Part shown: piece after piece, positions 9,186 to 21,024 of the stretch
Numbering within the stretch: the first letter of the stretch is position 1
Layout of the letters: each line of letters opens with the position of its first letter
Assembly: GCA_045837725.1 (NCBI GenBank)
Contig: JBEWZL010000076.1
Span: 1-64,000 of the forward strand
Direction: 5' to 3'
Origin: Vermamoeba vermiformis
Taxonomy: Eukaryota
DNA: 64,000 nt
Made by a program: the position numbers and the translations under genes
The notes under the pieces: model-generated
What the model was told of the DNA's origin: nothing
What the model saw: the letters and a program-made list of their open reading frames with translations, nothing else
Databases searched by the model: none

Positions 9186-10033
9186 CTCACACTTGTGCAA
9201 TTGCTCAATGTTGAACTCTTGGTTGAAAAACTGCCAGAAAAGTTGACTTTACGAAACTTTTTGGATAATTTTTAGGGCTAGCCCTGTTTGGCCAAGCCCT
9301 GTAGTATATATGAATATATTAAACCAAATCTTTTGTCAGGATTAGAAATCCTCCCAAAAAATCTCAAGGGAGGATTTTACTGGTAGGCATTTTTCTCAGT
9401 TCAGTAGTATCAAGTATTAAAATTATTTATATACTAATGACCAGCAATGTTTATTCTATAATATCAATAGTTTTGACACTAATTGGCAAGTGTTTTAATT
9501 TTTATCCAACTGCCAAATATGGCAATGCAGGATCAAAGAATAAAAACCTTTAAAGTTAGGAATTCTTTAATTTATTGTATTCTGTTGAGAGTAGGCCTCA
9601 CTACCATTTGTATCATATTGTTATTCATTTCCTGAGATCCTAAACACAAAAATTTTCACCTTATTTAGTTACCTATGCATCAGATATCTATAAACAGACT
9701 GCTTTATGCATTGGCAATGTGATTGATTATTGGCTTTTGTTGGAGTACATTCTTAGAACTTTCTCATCCCAAATCTGCACCCAAACCTCTCAAAAAGTTG
9801 GTAACATATCAATACTTATCCTTTTGCTGAACATTTAGGAGAGTCTTAAACCTTTTTGTACCAAATCCAAAGCCTTAATCACTGGTTAAAACTCTAATGT
9901 ATCAAACAGATAGCTTTCAATGAAAGCAAGGTGATTATTAAACTCTGCTGGAAGTGGAAATCTTGCAGGCCAATGCAACACTGACAGACAACCAATCAAG
10001 GATCTGATGTAACAAGCAAATACAGACTTTTAT

Positions 10034-11928
10034 CTAAACAGTCTCCTCAAGTTTGTTCAAAAGTGGTTGATCACTGCTGTTGTGCTCACTGTCATCTTGA
10101 ACGTGCTGTCTTGCAGTTGGCTCAGGTAATGTTCCTACTGTCACTCGTTGCATGTGTGTTGTGCATGCTACTCTCTGCACGGAACCAACCCTGTCAAAGT
10201 GTCATTAGCTTGTCAATAGGTTATGCAACAAGCTTATTACTTACAATTCAAAGAGTGTATATCCGAACACGAGGGCCATGACCATTATGAGAAACTGTAG
10301 CGTGGTTTCCCTAGGGAGGCTGTCAGTTAGTACGAACAGAAGCTGTTACAAGGGCACATACATTCGGTGAGTGAATCCCAATAACATAACGATGGTGCCA
10401 ATAGCAATTCTTAAGGGTAGTCGAACTTTCGTTGGTATGACAAAATTGTTGTAATTTTGCGACAAGAAGCCCATGAGACCCATGCTGATCATCACCACAC
10501 CCACACCACCGGAAATCATCCACTGCGCAATGTACGGATGTTCATCATGCTTTTCATTGATCGTGTGCTACGCGAAAATTAGTAACTAGAATTACAGCAC
10601 GACAACGATACTTGCCTCAAGGAGCAACAGTCCAGACGACGCAAAACAGATGCCCAACATTAGTGGCAAGTGACAAAACATCCACAAAATGTAGCCGTAG
10701 CGACTCCTGCGGATAGCGTGCAATGCCTTTGGTGCACCTTCGATGTCAAAGTAAGTCCACTTCAATGCGAAGGCGATGAACAACGGGATGAAAGCACCAC
10801 TAAGAGATTGAACTCAGTCAGTCTAACACACTACACAATTGTTATGATACGCACAGATATCCCGAAAGATCGTGATTCTCCGAGGCGGCTAACAGCGCTA
10901 CAACCATCATGCCCAACAGTAACATAATGAACACCCCCACGCGTTCAATGTAGTGTTCGATGTTGAGCGGTGCTGCATATGGCACGTTGACCGAAAGGAA
11001 AATGATCAACTCTTCTGCGATCAGACTGACAGCCCAACACACGTAGCCGTACTCGGGGAATATCAGTGAACAGCACCAAGGCACGATGAGCAGAGTGTTC
11101 AGTAATGCCATGTACTGACCGACAATGTTAACTGGACTGATCTGCTTCATTATTCATACGTACCAAAGCATTTTGCCATCGCTTGCCCTCGCAATAGGCA
11201 GTGTACATATACATTATTATGAGCAACAATTTCGCTGCGAGATACGACAAAGTGAATCCGACAGAAGGTGATTCTTGTGCGTCGTGTAAATTGATTCCCA
11301 TTCCCACCCAAACATTAGAATTAACATTATGCAATAGAGTAAAACCTTCACTTCGTGCTACTTACAACGGCTGTCATTTGTAACAGATAGTAAATTTTGT
11401 GGATCTATTTCGGGAGTTAGAATCGCGACGGTTCTGTGTTGAAACTTACTATATCATCGGTGTCGTATCGAGTGCTGTACATTGTAGTTGCAGCCCAAAC
11501 ACGCCACACAGCGCCGAAAAGTAGAATGAAAATGTGGATGTGGTCCGAATTCTCGCTCAGAAAATGAACTTAGAATGAAAATTAATTCTTTGGACGTAAA
11601 TATGTGATGGCTAATAGCTAAGTTACCTACCCAAATGTTCGATAAGCACAACGTAAATCAGATCGTAAAATAATTCTGTCCAGGATATTTTTCGCGTGTC
11701 TCTTTCTCGTATTAACACCCTCTTGTTAATTTCTGAATCAAATACGAAATATTGCCGCAGTCGAGGAAACTCTAAGCAAAATGAAATTAGTAAAATTAAA
11801 ATCAACTTTTGCCGGCGGTTGAACATCAATTTAATTATATCGGCCATAAAATAATTCATACCGAGGTTATATTAATTTTACTAAATACTTACTAACGAAT
11901 CCATAGAAACATGACCGTGAACTGTCAT
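10034..11928 (-). CDS. Low-temperature-requirement protein A (LtrA)-family membrane protein, multi-exon (5' end approximate)
   Basis: Exon peptides RKISWTELFYDLIYV, HYIERVGVFIMLLLG and WMFCHLPLMLGI match LtrA motifs; multiple TM segments; stop TAG at 10034-10036 after splicing. Confidence 0.75.
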
Positions 11929-12153
11929 CAACGCTGTATTTAATTAAATGGTGCGCTCCAAAATGATGCTCCGTTATGTGAGCCTATTAATATTATCTAG
12001 GTGTCATTAAGCAACTTGGAAAAATAATAGAGGGTTAAAGTCGCTTTCAGACCGTATGCGAATTGACAATCGGGCAGCACAATTTCTACTTACATCTGGA
12101 TTATGATGACTCATGCTATTAACAATTGAATCATATTATTTTATAACCGATTT

Positions 12154-13336
12154 TTATTGTTTCGAAGGTTTGCGGCCGAAATGGAACGCCATCGGGGTGA
12201 AAATCTTCAATTTGCCGCCGAGATAAAGACCTTCTTGACCTCGCAACAGCATTCTTTGCACGCCTACGGTGCCCTTAGGAGCCAATCCGATTTTTTCGGC
12301 AATCGACAGTCCGACATCCAGAACCTTCTGACCAACTGGAGTCATTTGCCAATTGCTCATGGTGTATTTTGGCGTTAAGGGATCTTCCCAAGGAACCTGG
12401 GACTCTTCAGCGATATCTCGGACTTCCACGTCAAAAAATCCTGCTTCTTTCATTGCCACCGCTACGTCGTTAATGTGCGCAATGTCGGGCAATCCGGATC
12501 CTTCTTCGATAGCCTTCTTAACGTACTTGTGATGCGCATTGCTTGGCTCGTACTAACGTGCATATTAGAGCTGCGAAGAGTGTAAAAAAAAGACCAGTGA
12601 CGAACTTACCTTCTTAGTAAAAGTCCATTCGTACCCACAGAACACACCACCAGGCTTCAGCACTCGAAAAGCTTCAGAATAGACTCCAAGCTTACTAGGT
12701 GCATGAGCTGTAGCCTCGACTTCGTAGACAATATCGAAAGTATTGTCTTCGAACGGCATCTTCATAAAATCACCCTAGAAATTGTAAGCAAGCTGGTAAC
12801 TTTGCGAAGTGCGAATCGCTCTTACTTCGACAACAGTAAGGAGATGAGAAAGCCCTGCTTTTTCGTTGAGCTCCCTGGCTCGCTTGACTTGATAAGCATT
12901 CAAATTTAGGCCTGTTATACTCGCACCTACAAATAGGTTAGCTTGGACCACCATTGCAAACGAACGTAGACTTACCAGTAAATTTGGCGATGTTTCGCAT
13001 CGGACCTCCAATGCCGCATCCAACATCAAGCACTTTCATGCCTTCCTTCATGTGCGCTCGGAGGGCCAAATACAACTCGTGGCGTTTCAATGCATCGCCG
13101 TATGCTTCGCCCCTGAATTGCTTGGCAAAATGAAAGTGCTCGCCCCAAGCCTTCTCGTAGAAGTCAGTCGCAAGATCGTAGTAATTAACGACGACATCTT
13201 GGTAGTTTTTGTTGCGCTCGTCTGTCGTGTGCTTCTGGTCGTCATGAAGATCGCGATATTTGGTCACTGCATCGGCGACATTAGCGTGTTGTTTCTGATT
13301 ACCGTAGCTGCTTGGAACGGAGACTAATTTGGCCAT
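12154..13336 (-). CDS. SMT1: Sterol 24-C-methyltransferase (SAM-dependent), 4 exons
   Basis: [54 protein letters not shown] and the C-terminal KIFTPM motifs. Confidence 0.95.
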
Positions 13337-13762
13337 TTGAGTCTGTTGACAGAATAAGATTAGTGGTGATTGTCCAGCGAAGCTGAAGCGCAATTAAAGC
13401 TGAGTTTCATCGGGGTATTTGTATCGGTTGCGGTGGTGGTCAGAGTCTGACCAAGCTGTTCCGCATAGCTCCCCAGTACTTCGCTCTTGTGCGAGGGAAC
13501 TATGAGGGACTATGCGGATTTTATCTTTGTTACGGGCCTTACGGACTACCAGAACAATTTCATTGGAGTAGCTGAGCCACTTCATCCATTAGTATCCGAG
13601 AGCGGCACCCTCTGTAGCCAAAAAGTAGCTAGAGCCATCGTGTTGATAATGTCGCGACGTCAAATCAAGCGGTTATGTCATCTCTCCGCTACAACGAATA
13701 CTTCCGGAAACAAACAAATGCAAGTCACGTAATAAAGCGCAAAATATTTACAAACCGTAAGG

Positions 13763-16700
13763 TCAATGAGTGTACATGTCCATATCTTCATGGTCGCTAT
13801 CGTCGTAATTGTTGCGACGTGCGTTAAGTTCAGGTTGTTGATAGCAGTTAGCAAAGCCTAAGTCGCTGGCCTTGAGCTCCTTTTGAAAATCATAGACGGG
13901 CAAAAATCGAGCTCTGAACGGAAATTAATTATCCCTCATATAGATGGCAACGCAAATACTCACTTTGTTTCGTAATTACGAACTGCATGTAGAATTGCCC
14001 AAACAGACAAAAATGGCAACGGGAATGTCAATGAACTCGCTAAGAACGACTCTTTCACTAAGAAAATGCCGAACATGATAATATTGTAGAAGATATTGGC
14101 GAGCAACAGACGTCGAAGAACCATCGGAGTGAACTTGCCACCACTGAGATACTTTAGTATTGTAACAACTTATGGTGGGTACTCACCTGTCGTATGCTTG
14201 GTAATGAATGAGCATCAAATTGCTCTTTTGAATGATGTACCACACAACGAAGTAAAGCAAACCAACGGGCAAGATGATAGGTACCATCGATGAATAGCAC
14301 AACACGATCGTGGCAATGTTGAGGTGAAGTGCATACGATACGCTAAAAACAAGATGAGAATCATTAAATAAAAGTTGTTAAGCTTACCCATAGTTGTAAC
14401 GACCAGCGGCTTTTCTCCTCGCTTTTATCTGATCTCGTTTTGAAGTTTTGAATATTTTACGAAGCAGATAAAGAATTCCGTCACCGAGTCGAGTAATGTC
14501 TGTGGAAGCGGCTGAGAACAGTGCGTTGAGAGTGTACACGATGAAGAAGGCTCCGAACGTTGGTAAAGTGGACCCCAAGGTTCGAGCAATGCTCAAGTAC
14601 AACTGACTAGGGTCACTGATGACAATGCGCGCAATTGTTGATAACTTGATAGAGTTAGTTGATTACAATTGGTCAAAAAAACCCTTACCTGGGAGGACAC
14701 AGATGACAGCAATAAGACGTTGAATATGAGGAATGCGTAGTACTTCTGGAATACAGAGGTATCTTTTCCCGATTTAGTGGTTGGCTTCTCTTGTTTTGCA
14801 AGCACTAGAACGTGTTAGTATTAACCTTCGACAAGTAAGGTGGCACTTGCATTTGAGCAGAGGTACGAGCAAGACCATGAACAACATGATGACAAGCGCG
14901 GGCAAGTAACGAGTGATGACGGAGACTAGAGGCGAAGGAAGTTCATAAACCCACTCCACAATTTTATCGAGGCCTCGGAACTAAACGAGAAATGATGAGT
15001 TGGTCGAGCTGGTATCTTATGCACGTACTTGAGACAAGGTATGCAAGTTGGCAAACTGAGCAAGGAAACCAACCGGAATACCCCAAAAGAATATCAAAAA
15101 TATCACCGCTAAGACTACCAGCGCTGTGCGTGAGAATGACTGGACTTTGCCAATGTGAAGCAGTTTCCATTGCAAGTTAACCGGTGCTGGTGCTGGCTTA
15201 ACAGTCCTGTTGTGAAGGTTATTAACAGTACTATCCAATACCCAATCCTACCATTGTCCTGACTTGGGTCCGTTTACTGAATTTGCGCACAGCGACGCGA
15301 TCCGTTTGCTTTGGAAAGTCACAAATCCCGAGCCAAGTGGTTTGTAATCCAAGCGCTCATCTTAGCAATGCGTCAATAAGAATAGAGATTAGAGTCAATT
15401 AAACCGCGTACCTGCAGAATCTACTTTAGCTCTCTCTTCCTCGATCTCCTGAGTTAGTCGTGCAATTTTTTCGGTATAATGAGGGATCGTTTCAACGACA
15501 CGGCGAGGCCCTCCGTGTCCACTAACGTGCTTAGGCTCTTGTCCTGGGGGTTGGGTGTTAGGAATGTGATGGATGGCACAGGCTAATTACCTGAAGTGTC
15601 TCGTGAAGTTATCGCTACATCAAGTCGCTTTTGATATTTCTTTCGCTTATTGATTTTATCTCTTATCTTTGATAAGTCGAACAATAAAGTAGCTGATAGA
15701 AGCTAAATGAAGGCAGTTAGAATATTGAATGGGAATCTGATTTTGTGATTTCGGAATATCTTAATTTATATAGTTAAATTTCCGCTGGAGTTCATGACCA
15801 TTGCAACGCAATTCTATTGAACATTCAACCGCTTACCTGTCCAGGATACATCCGTTCGAAATGTTCTTTCAACTGTTGCGAGGTAGTGATGTCTTTTGGA
15901 ATGTTCTTCACCAGCACTGAATAGTTCTGTGGTAACGGCAGCTTCTTGTATTTGTAGATCGTGGATGTATAATTGTTATACGCGCGAAATACGAAGACTA
16001 TAATGCCTATAGTAAATACATAGACAGCTCCAAGATGCACCCACAAACGCGGATCTTTCTCGTCAATATTGCCCAGGCATGTCATATTGAAATAAGATCC
16101 ATCGCTAACGTCTGAATTACCTGCAATATAATCAATCAGTACGAATTATGACATCAAGTTGGTCCGATCTCATACCAGAAACATTAACTGGAATTAGCAC
16201 ACAAAGCCCAAGAACCGATAAAATCGAAAATATGACGATAAGCTGCCGTAGGAATTGCAAGTAGAGCGTCATATCGATGCCATAGGTCAAAAACACTTTG
16301 TTCTCGTCGTATTTGACTACGGTACGGATCCAGTCCCAGATGCGCCTTATCTGTCTCCGCCGAGGCACGGCATTGATCATCTTCAACATCTTATTTGCTT
16401 TGATACTGTCGCCGTCTTCACCTAACTCGACTTCATCATTGAGGTAATGACTTCGCTGAGAGCCATCGAGCATGAGAGGACTGACAACTTCGTCCTCGTC
16501 TTCTTCACGCGACATCACCGAAGCTGCGTCAATGCCCGCGTTACTCTCGTGGAGAACAATGTCTTCGTCGTCTTCGTGCTCGGTAACTTGTTTTTGATAG
16601 AAGACTTTAAAAGCACGTGCATCGTATAACCTGTTACGGCGCCTAAATTTTCATTTTCGTAAGTCCGAAAGTCAAAAAATAATATTAATACGCCGCTAAA

Positions 16701-16999
16701 ATATCTACCTGTTACATTGGGGAGAATAAAACCACTCGTGCCGCCTTCTACAAATTACAAATGCGAAAAAAGCAATTGTAAAAAGGGTAATATTAATTAG
16801 GGCAACTGTTGTGATACCGCCTTCTGAAACCTCACGTGGAAAATAATTGCTCTATTTTCAGAATTTTTTTAATTAATATACAGAATTACGCAAATTAATA
16901 ACGTCACATCTGACTTTAACATAATACCAATAAACTTACTTCTACCGATACATTAAATGGAATTATAGAAGATCGAATATCATCTTCAATGTATTGCAT
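13763..16999 (-). CDS. OSCA/TMEM63 (CSC1-like) mechanosensitive Ca2+-permeable channel, multi-exon
   Basis: YGIDMTLYLQFLR, LWVHL, YSVLVKNIPK, GFVTF, IFFWGIPVGF, KYYAFLIFNVLL and FFIVY motifs. Spliced start MQYIEDD at 16999, stop TGA at 13763-13765. Confidence 0.9.
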
Positions 17000-17511
17000 T
17001 GCTGCTATTCCACAACAATAAGATCACGATCGATGGCCAGTTTGCGTGAGTTGCGTTTGCGTTCGTATACTTTAATTACAGTGACTGTTGTTTTGTATTA
17101 TACCAAGGACCTTCGTGTTTTTAACAGTGAAAACAAAAAATATCGAAAACACGAAAGAGGGACAAATTTCTATCGGTCCGATTTCAGAAACGAAGCGCAA
17201 TACGTTCACAAGTATATATGCAACATAAATATTAACATTTTTGTATTTGTGTATGGTGTCGATACGAACGCGAGTAATTGGCAATTTCAAGGAAGACTCA
17301 GCTGGATTTCACGCGCAGAAAAATGCGGTGCAGAAATTACAATCGCAAAATCCTCTCCGTTCATTTTTATTTCAAAAAAGACAATAATTTGAACTACCAC
17401 GAATCATGATTGAAATGCAATTTAGTTGAAGGTAAAGCTTGGCGAATCTACTTTATTTCGTGCTCAAGTACTCATTAACAATTGTTAATAATACGGATTA
17501 ATTTAGCAACC

Positions 17512-20500
17512 ATGGGCGAATATATAAAAGAAGACGAAGAAAATGATTGGCATCTGCTTGCGCAAGTTGGCGGATGGTATTGGATGGTGTCAGAAAATAT
17601 TTTCAGATGCACGGAACAAGCTGGAAGAATATATGACTTACAAGCGCCTGATTTGAGCATAACTAAATTCGCTGATTATTGCGTTCCGAAAGACAGAGAA
17701 GTGTTCAGTGAATTTGTTGAGCGGATCATTACCTTCAATGCGCGAGCCGGTCCTCTTAACAAGTCGCAAACCGATGACCACACGTCAATATTTATCAACG
17801 ACGATTCTTCATTCGAGTTTGAATACCGAATTCAATTAGGATCGAAAATAAAATGGATTCATTGCCGAGGAATAATCGAAGTAGTTGACGCCGAAACGAA
17901 GAGGAAAGCCACTTTAGTATCAAACAATGTCGTAGTCACACGCGTAAAAGCCTCAATTCAAGACATTTCCAAAGTGAAACCAAATCTGGATGAAGAGATC
18001 AAACGCAAAAATGAAGAATTGCGCCAAAGTGAAGAAGATTTTCAAGTGCTGGTTGAAGCCATGCCTCAAATGGTTTGGTCAACGACTGTAGAAGGTCGTG
18101 CCAACTACTTCAATAGCAGATGGCACGAATACTGCGGAACTACTTTTGATCAGACTCGAGGCTTTGGCTGGATCATGTCTATACATCCCGACGACGTAGA
18201 GAGCACGCTAAAAGTTTGGAACTATTCGGTTAAGACAGGTGCGTAGATGTGTTTTTGACCTTTTTTGGGCAATGGCTCACCAAATTGCAAAGCCGAATTT
18301 ACAAGCCAAAATTCAAACTGAAATTAATTGCAATCATCTCGGCGGTTAGATTGATACTAATTTCAAGGAATAAATTTTCTTAATACCCGTTTTCATGTTA
18401 AATCAATAAAAACGTACACGCCTAAAAATTTCGCTTTGTAGGCGAGGTTTTTGACTTCAAACATCGCCTAAGGAGGGCCAAAGACGGCCAGTATCGATGG
18501 CACTTAGTGCGTGGAATACCTGTGCGTGGGCCTGATGGAAATATTAAGAAATGGCTCGGTACGTCAACTGACATCCACGATCAGGTATGGAGCCCTTGAC
18601 TAGCCCCAATAGCTTAGCAAATTAATTAATTTAAATCACAGCACGAAGCGGAGGAAAAGGCCAGAGCCTCCGAGCTGTATCTCAGTGGAATCATTCAGCA
18701 CTTTCCCGTTTTGGTAATCGTTCTGAATCGCAACGGTGTATTCACCCTTGCCGACGGCCATGGCTTATCCGTACTTGGCTATGATTCGTCATCATTCCTT
18801 GGAAAGTCCGCCGTTGAAGTAATGTCTTCTCTCGGCAAGCCAGAATATATTGAGTAAGTGATCTTGTTGCAATCAATGAAAATGAACTAACCTTTTGGTA
18901 GATATTTTGAAAGAGGTCTGCGAGGAGAACAATTATCGGTGGAAATGGAGTTTAACAATCACATCCTCGATTGCCACTTTGCCCCATTCAATTTTGATCA
19001 GTCACCGGACAACTCAGGCCTAGTAATTGTTGGCAAAGATATCACCATTAGAAAAGAGGCAGCAAGATTGGCAATTAGTGAGGCTAGTGCACGCGAAGCC
19101 GCAAGGTTAAAAAGCGAATTTTTAGCAACAATGAGCCACGAGATTCGCACACCTCTAAACGGGATTATCGGTACGTGGAAGTAGCATATATTTGACCCGT
19201 TATTGGGTTTCATGATTCAGTTTCGCATTACGTTAGATTGCCAAACCAAAAATTACCATATAACGACTCAACTAATTCTCCGAACACAGGCATGTCAGAA
19301 TTGCTGTCCGACACTACGCTATCCGACGAACAGCGCCGTTATTTAGATATCATTCAAACGAGCAGCTCCAATCTCTTGATGTTAGTGAACGACATTTTAG
19401 ATCTGTCGAAAATGGATGCTGGAAAAGTCGAGCTGGAGAAGACCGAATTTACGATACGCCAGTTTGTTAACAGACAGCTAGATATATTTTCAATTAGTCT
19501 CAAGAACAAATCGCTCAAGCTCAATATAGAGATTGATGAAAAAATCGACCACACAATTTTCGAAGGTGACGAGGGTCGTATTGGTCAAATATTAGTCAAC
19601 CTCATCTCCAACGCGATCAAATTCACGCCACCAAATGGAGAGATATCGTTGAGCGTTCTGCAAGCTTTCAAAAGACGTTTGCCTGTGTCGAATGAAAGCA
19701 CGCCAGTCTCGTCACCCAAGGCAGGTGTGAAAACTGGAGGCTCTCAAGAAATGGAGTCTTTGTCCGAAGCCTCACGAGATATGACCGGCCCCATGGACGT
19801 CATGTTCGTCGTCACCGATTCAGGCATTGGAATTCCTTTGGAGGCCCAGCGCAAGCTTTTCCAACCGTTCATTCAGGCAAACAACTCAACAAGGCGCAAG
19901 TACGGCGGTACTGGTCTCGGCTTGTCTATTTGCAAGAAATTGGTGAAGCTTATGCGCGGTGAAATTGGCGTGGAGAGTGAAGACAACAAAGGCGCCACAT
20001 TCTGGTTCACTATTCCGCTGCTTCCAATGTCGCCTTGCAACTCGCCCGCTACTGACACGCGAGACCGTTCTTTCAGTGAAAGCAGCGCAAGGGTAAGTGC
20101 ACCACTCTGGTTTTTTTTACTTACTGACTTGCTGTACTTCAGAGCAAACTGACGTCCTCGTCGCATCAACCACTACTCGATTTGTTTGAAATGCGCAAGA
20201 AGTTCATCAAGTCATTCTCGTTCACTCAGAGATCTCTCGTCAATCGCAAAGTTATTTCAAAGCCACGCATCTTAGTCGTTGAAGATCATCCAGTTAATCA
20301 AGCTCTCATGGTAGCGACCCTGCGTAAGCTAGGTTGTGAAGTGGAAGTCGCCAATGATGGACAAGAAGCTGTAGATGCCTGGACTGCAGACGACAGTACG
20401 TTTGATCTGGTATTCATGGACTGCTACATGCCCGGTCTCGACGGTTACACGGCTACAAGAATCATTCGGGAGAAAGAAATTAACAACAACTACGGTCGAA

Positions 20501-20691
20501 CATCATTTTCAAAGCTCACGGGCTCAGGCTGCGACCACATTCCGATCATTGCCGTGACTGCCAATGCTTTGAGCGGAGATCGCGAGAAGTGCTTTGAGGC
20601 AGGCATGAGCGACTACTTGCCCAAGCCTATTACAAAGAACTCCATCATTAGCATCATGAAGAAGTGGCTGCCCAACGCGACTATTGATTAG
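17512..20691 (+). CDS. Hybrid sensor histidine kinase (PAS/PAC - HisKA - HATPase - receiver)
   Basis: [12 protein letters not shown]...IHPDD; H-box [22 protein letters not shown]-box [15 protein letters not shown]1 DSGIG; G2 GGTGLGLSI; receiver VVEDHPVN...FMDCYMP...YLPKP. Confidence 0.96.
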
Positions 20692-21024
20692 ATTCAATCG
20701 GCTTTCGCAAGCTGATTTTTCATACGAAGCACATCCGCACTGACTGCACAGGATCTGAAAAAAACTCCGCAATTCAAACTGTTCGAGAAGACAGAAAAGT
20801 CGGAGCCGTGCCCTTTTACCCGAACCCTTGTTAATGTCACGTGGAAAACACGAATTTTCGCCGGCAATTTTGCGGCCAACAACTCCGCGGGTGGTCAAAA
20901 TAAACAATTGTTTATTATTATATTATCTTTACTTGCGTCAACAAATATCATCCAAAGATCCGGATGTACGACGCGATAAGTTCAAATCTTTTCTGTTTAT
21001 TTATTTAAAATTTCCATTGCAATA

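Noticed and set aside
16994-17392. 132-aa and 72-aa ORFs between the OSCA gene and the His kinase
   Set aside because: AT-rich divergent promoter/UTR region with no domain features
10034-20691. Bacterial contamination suggested by LtrA and the His kinase
   Set aside because: Both genes contain spliceosomal introns, and both families are known in microbial eukaryotes
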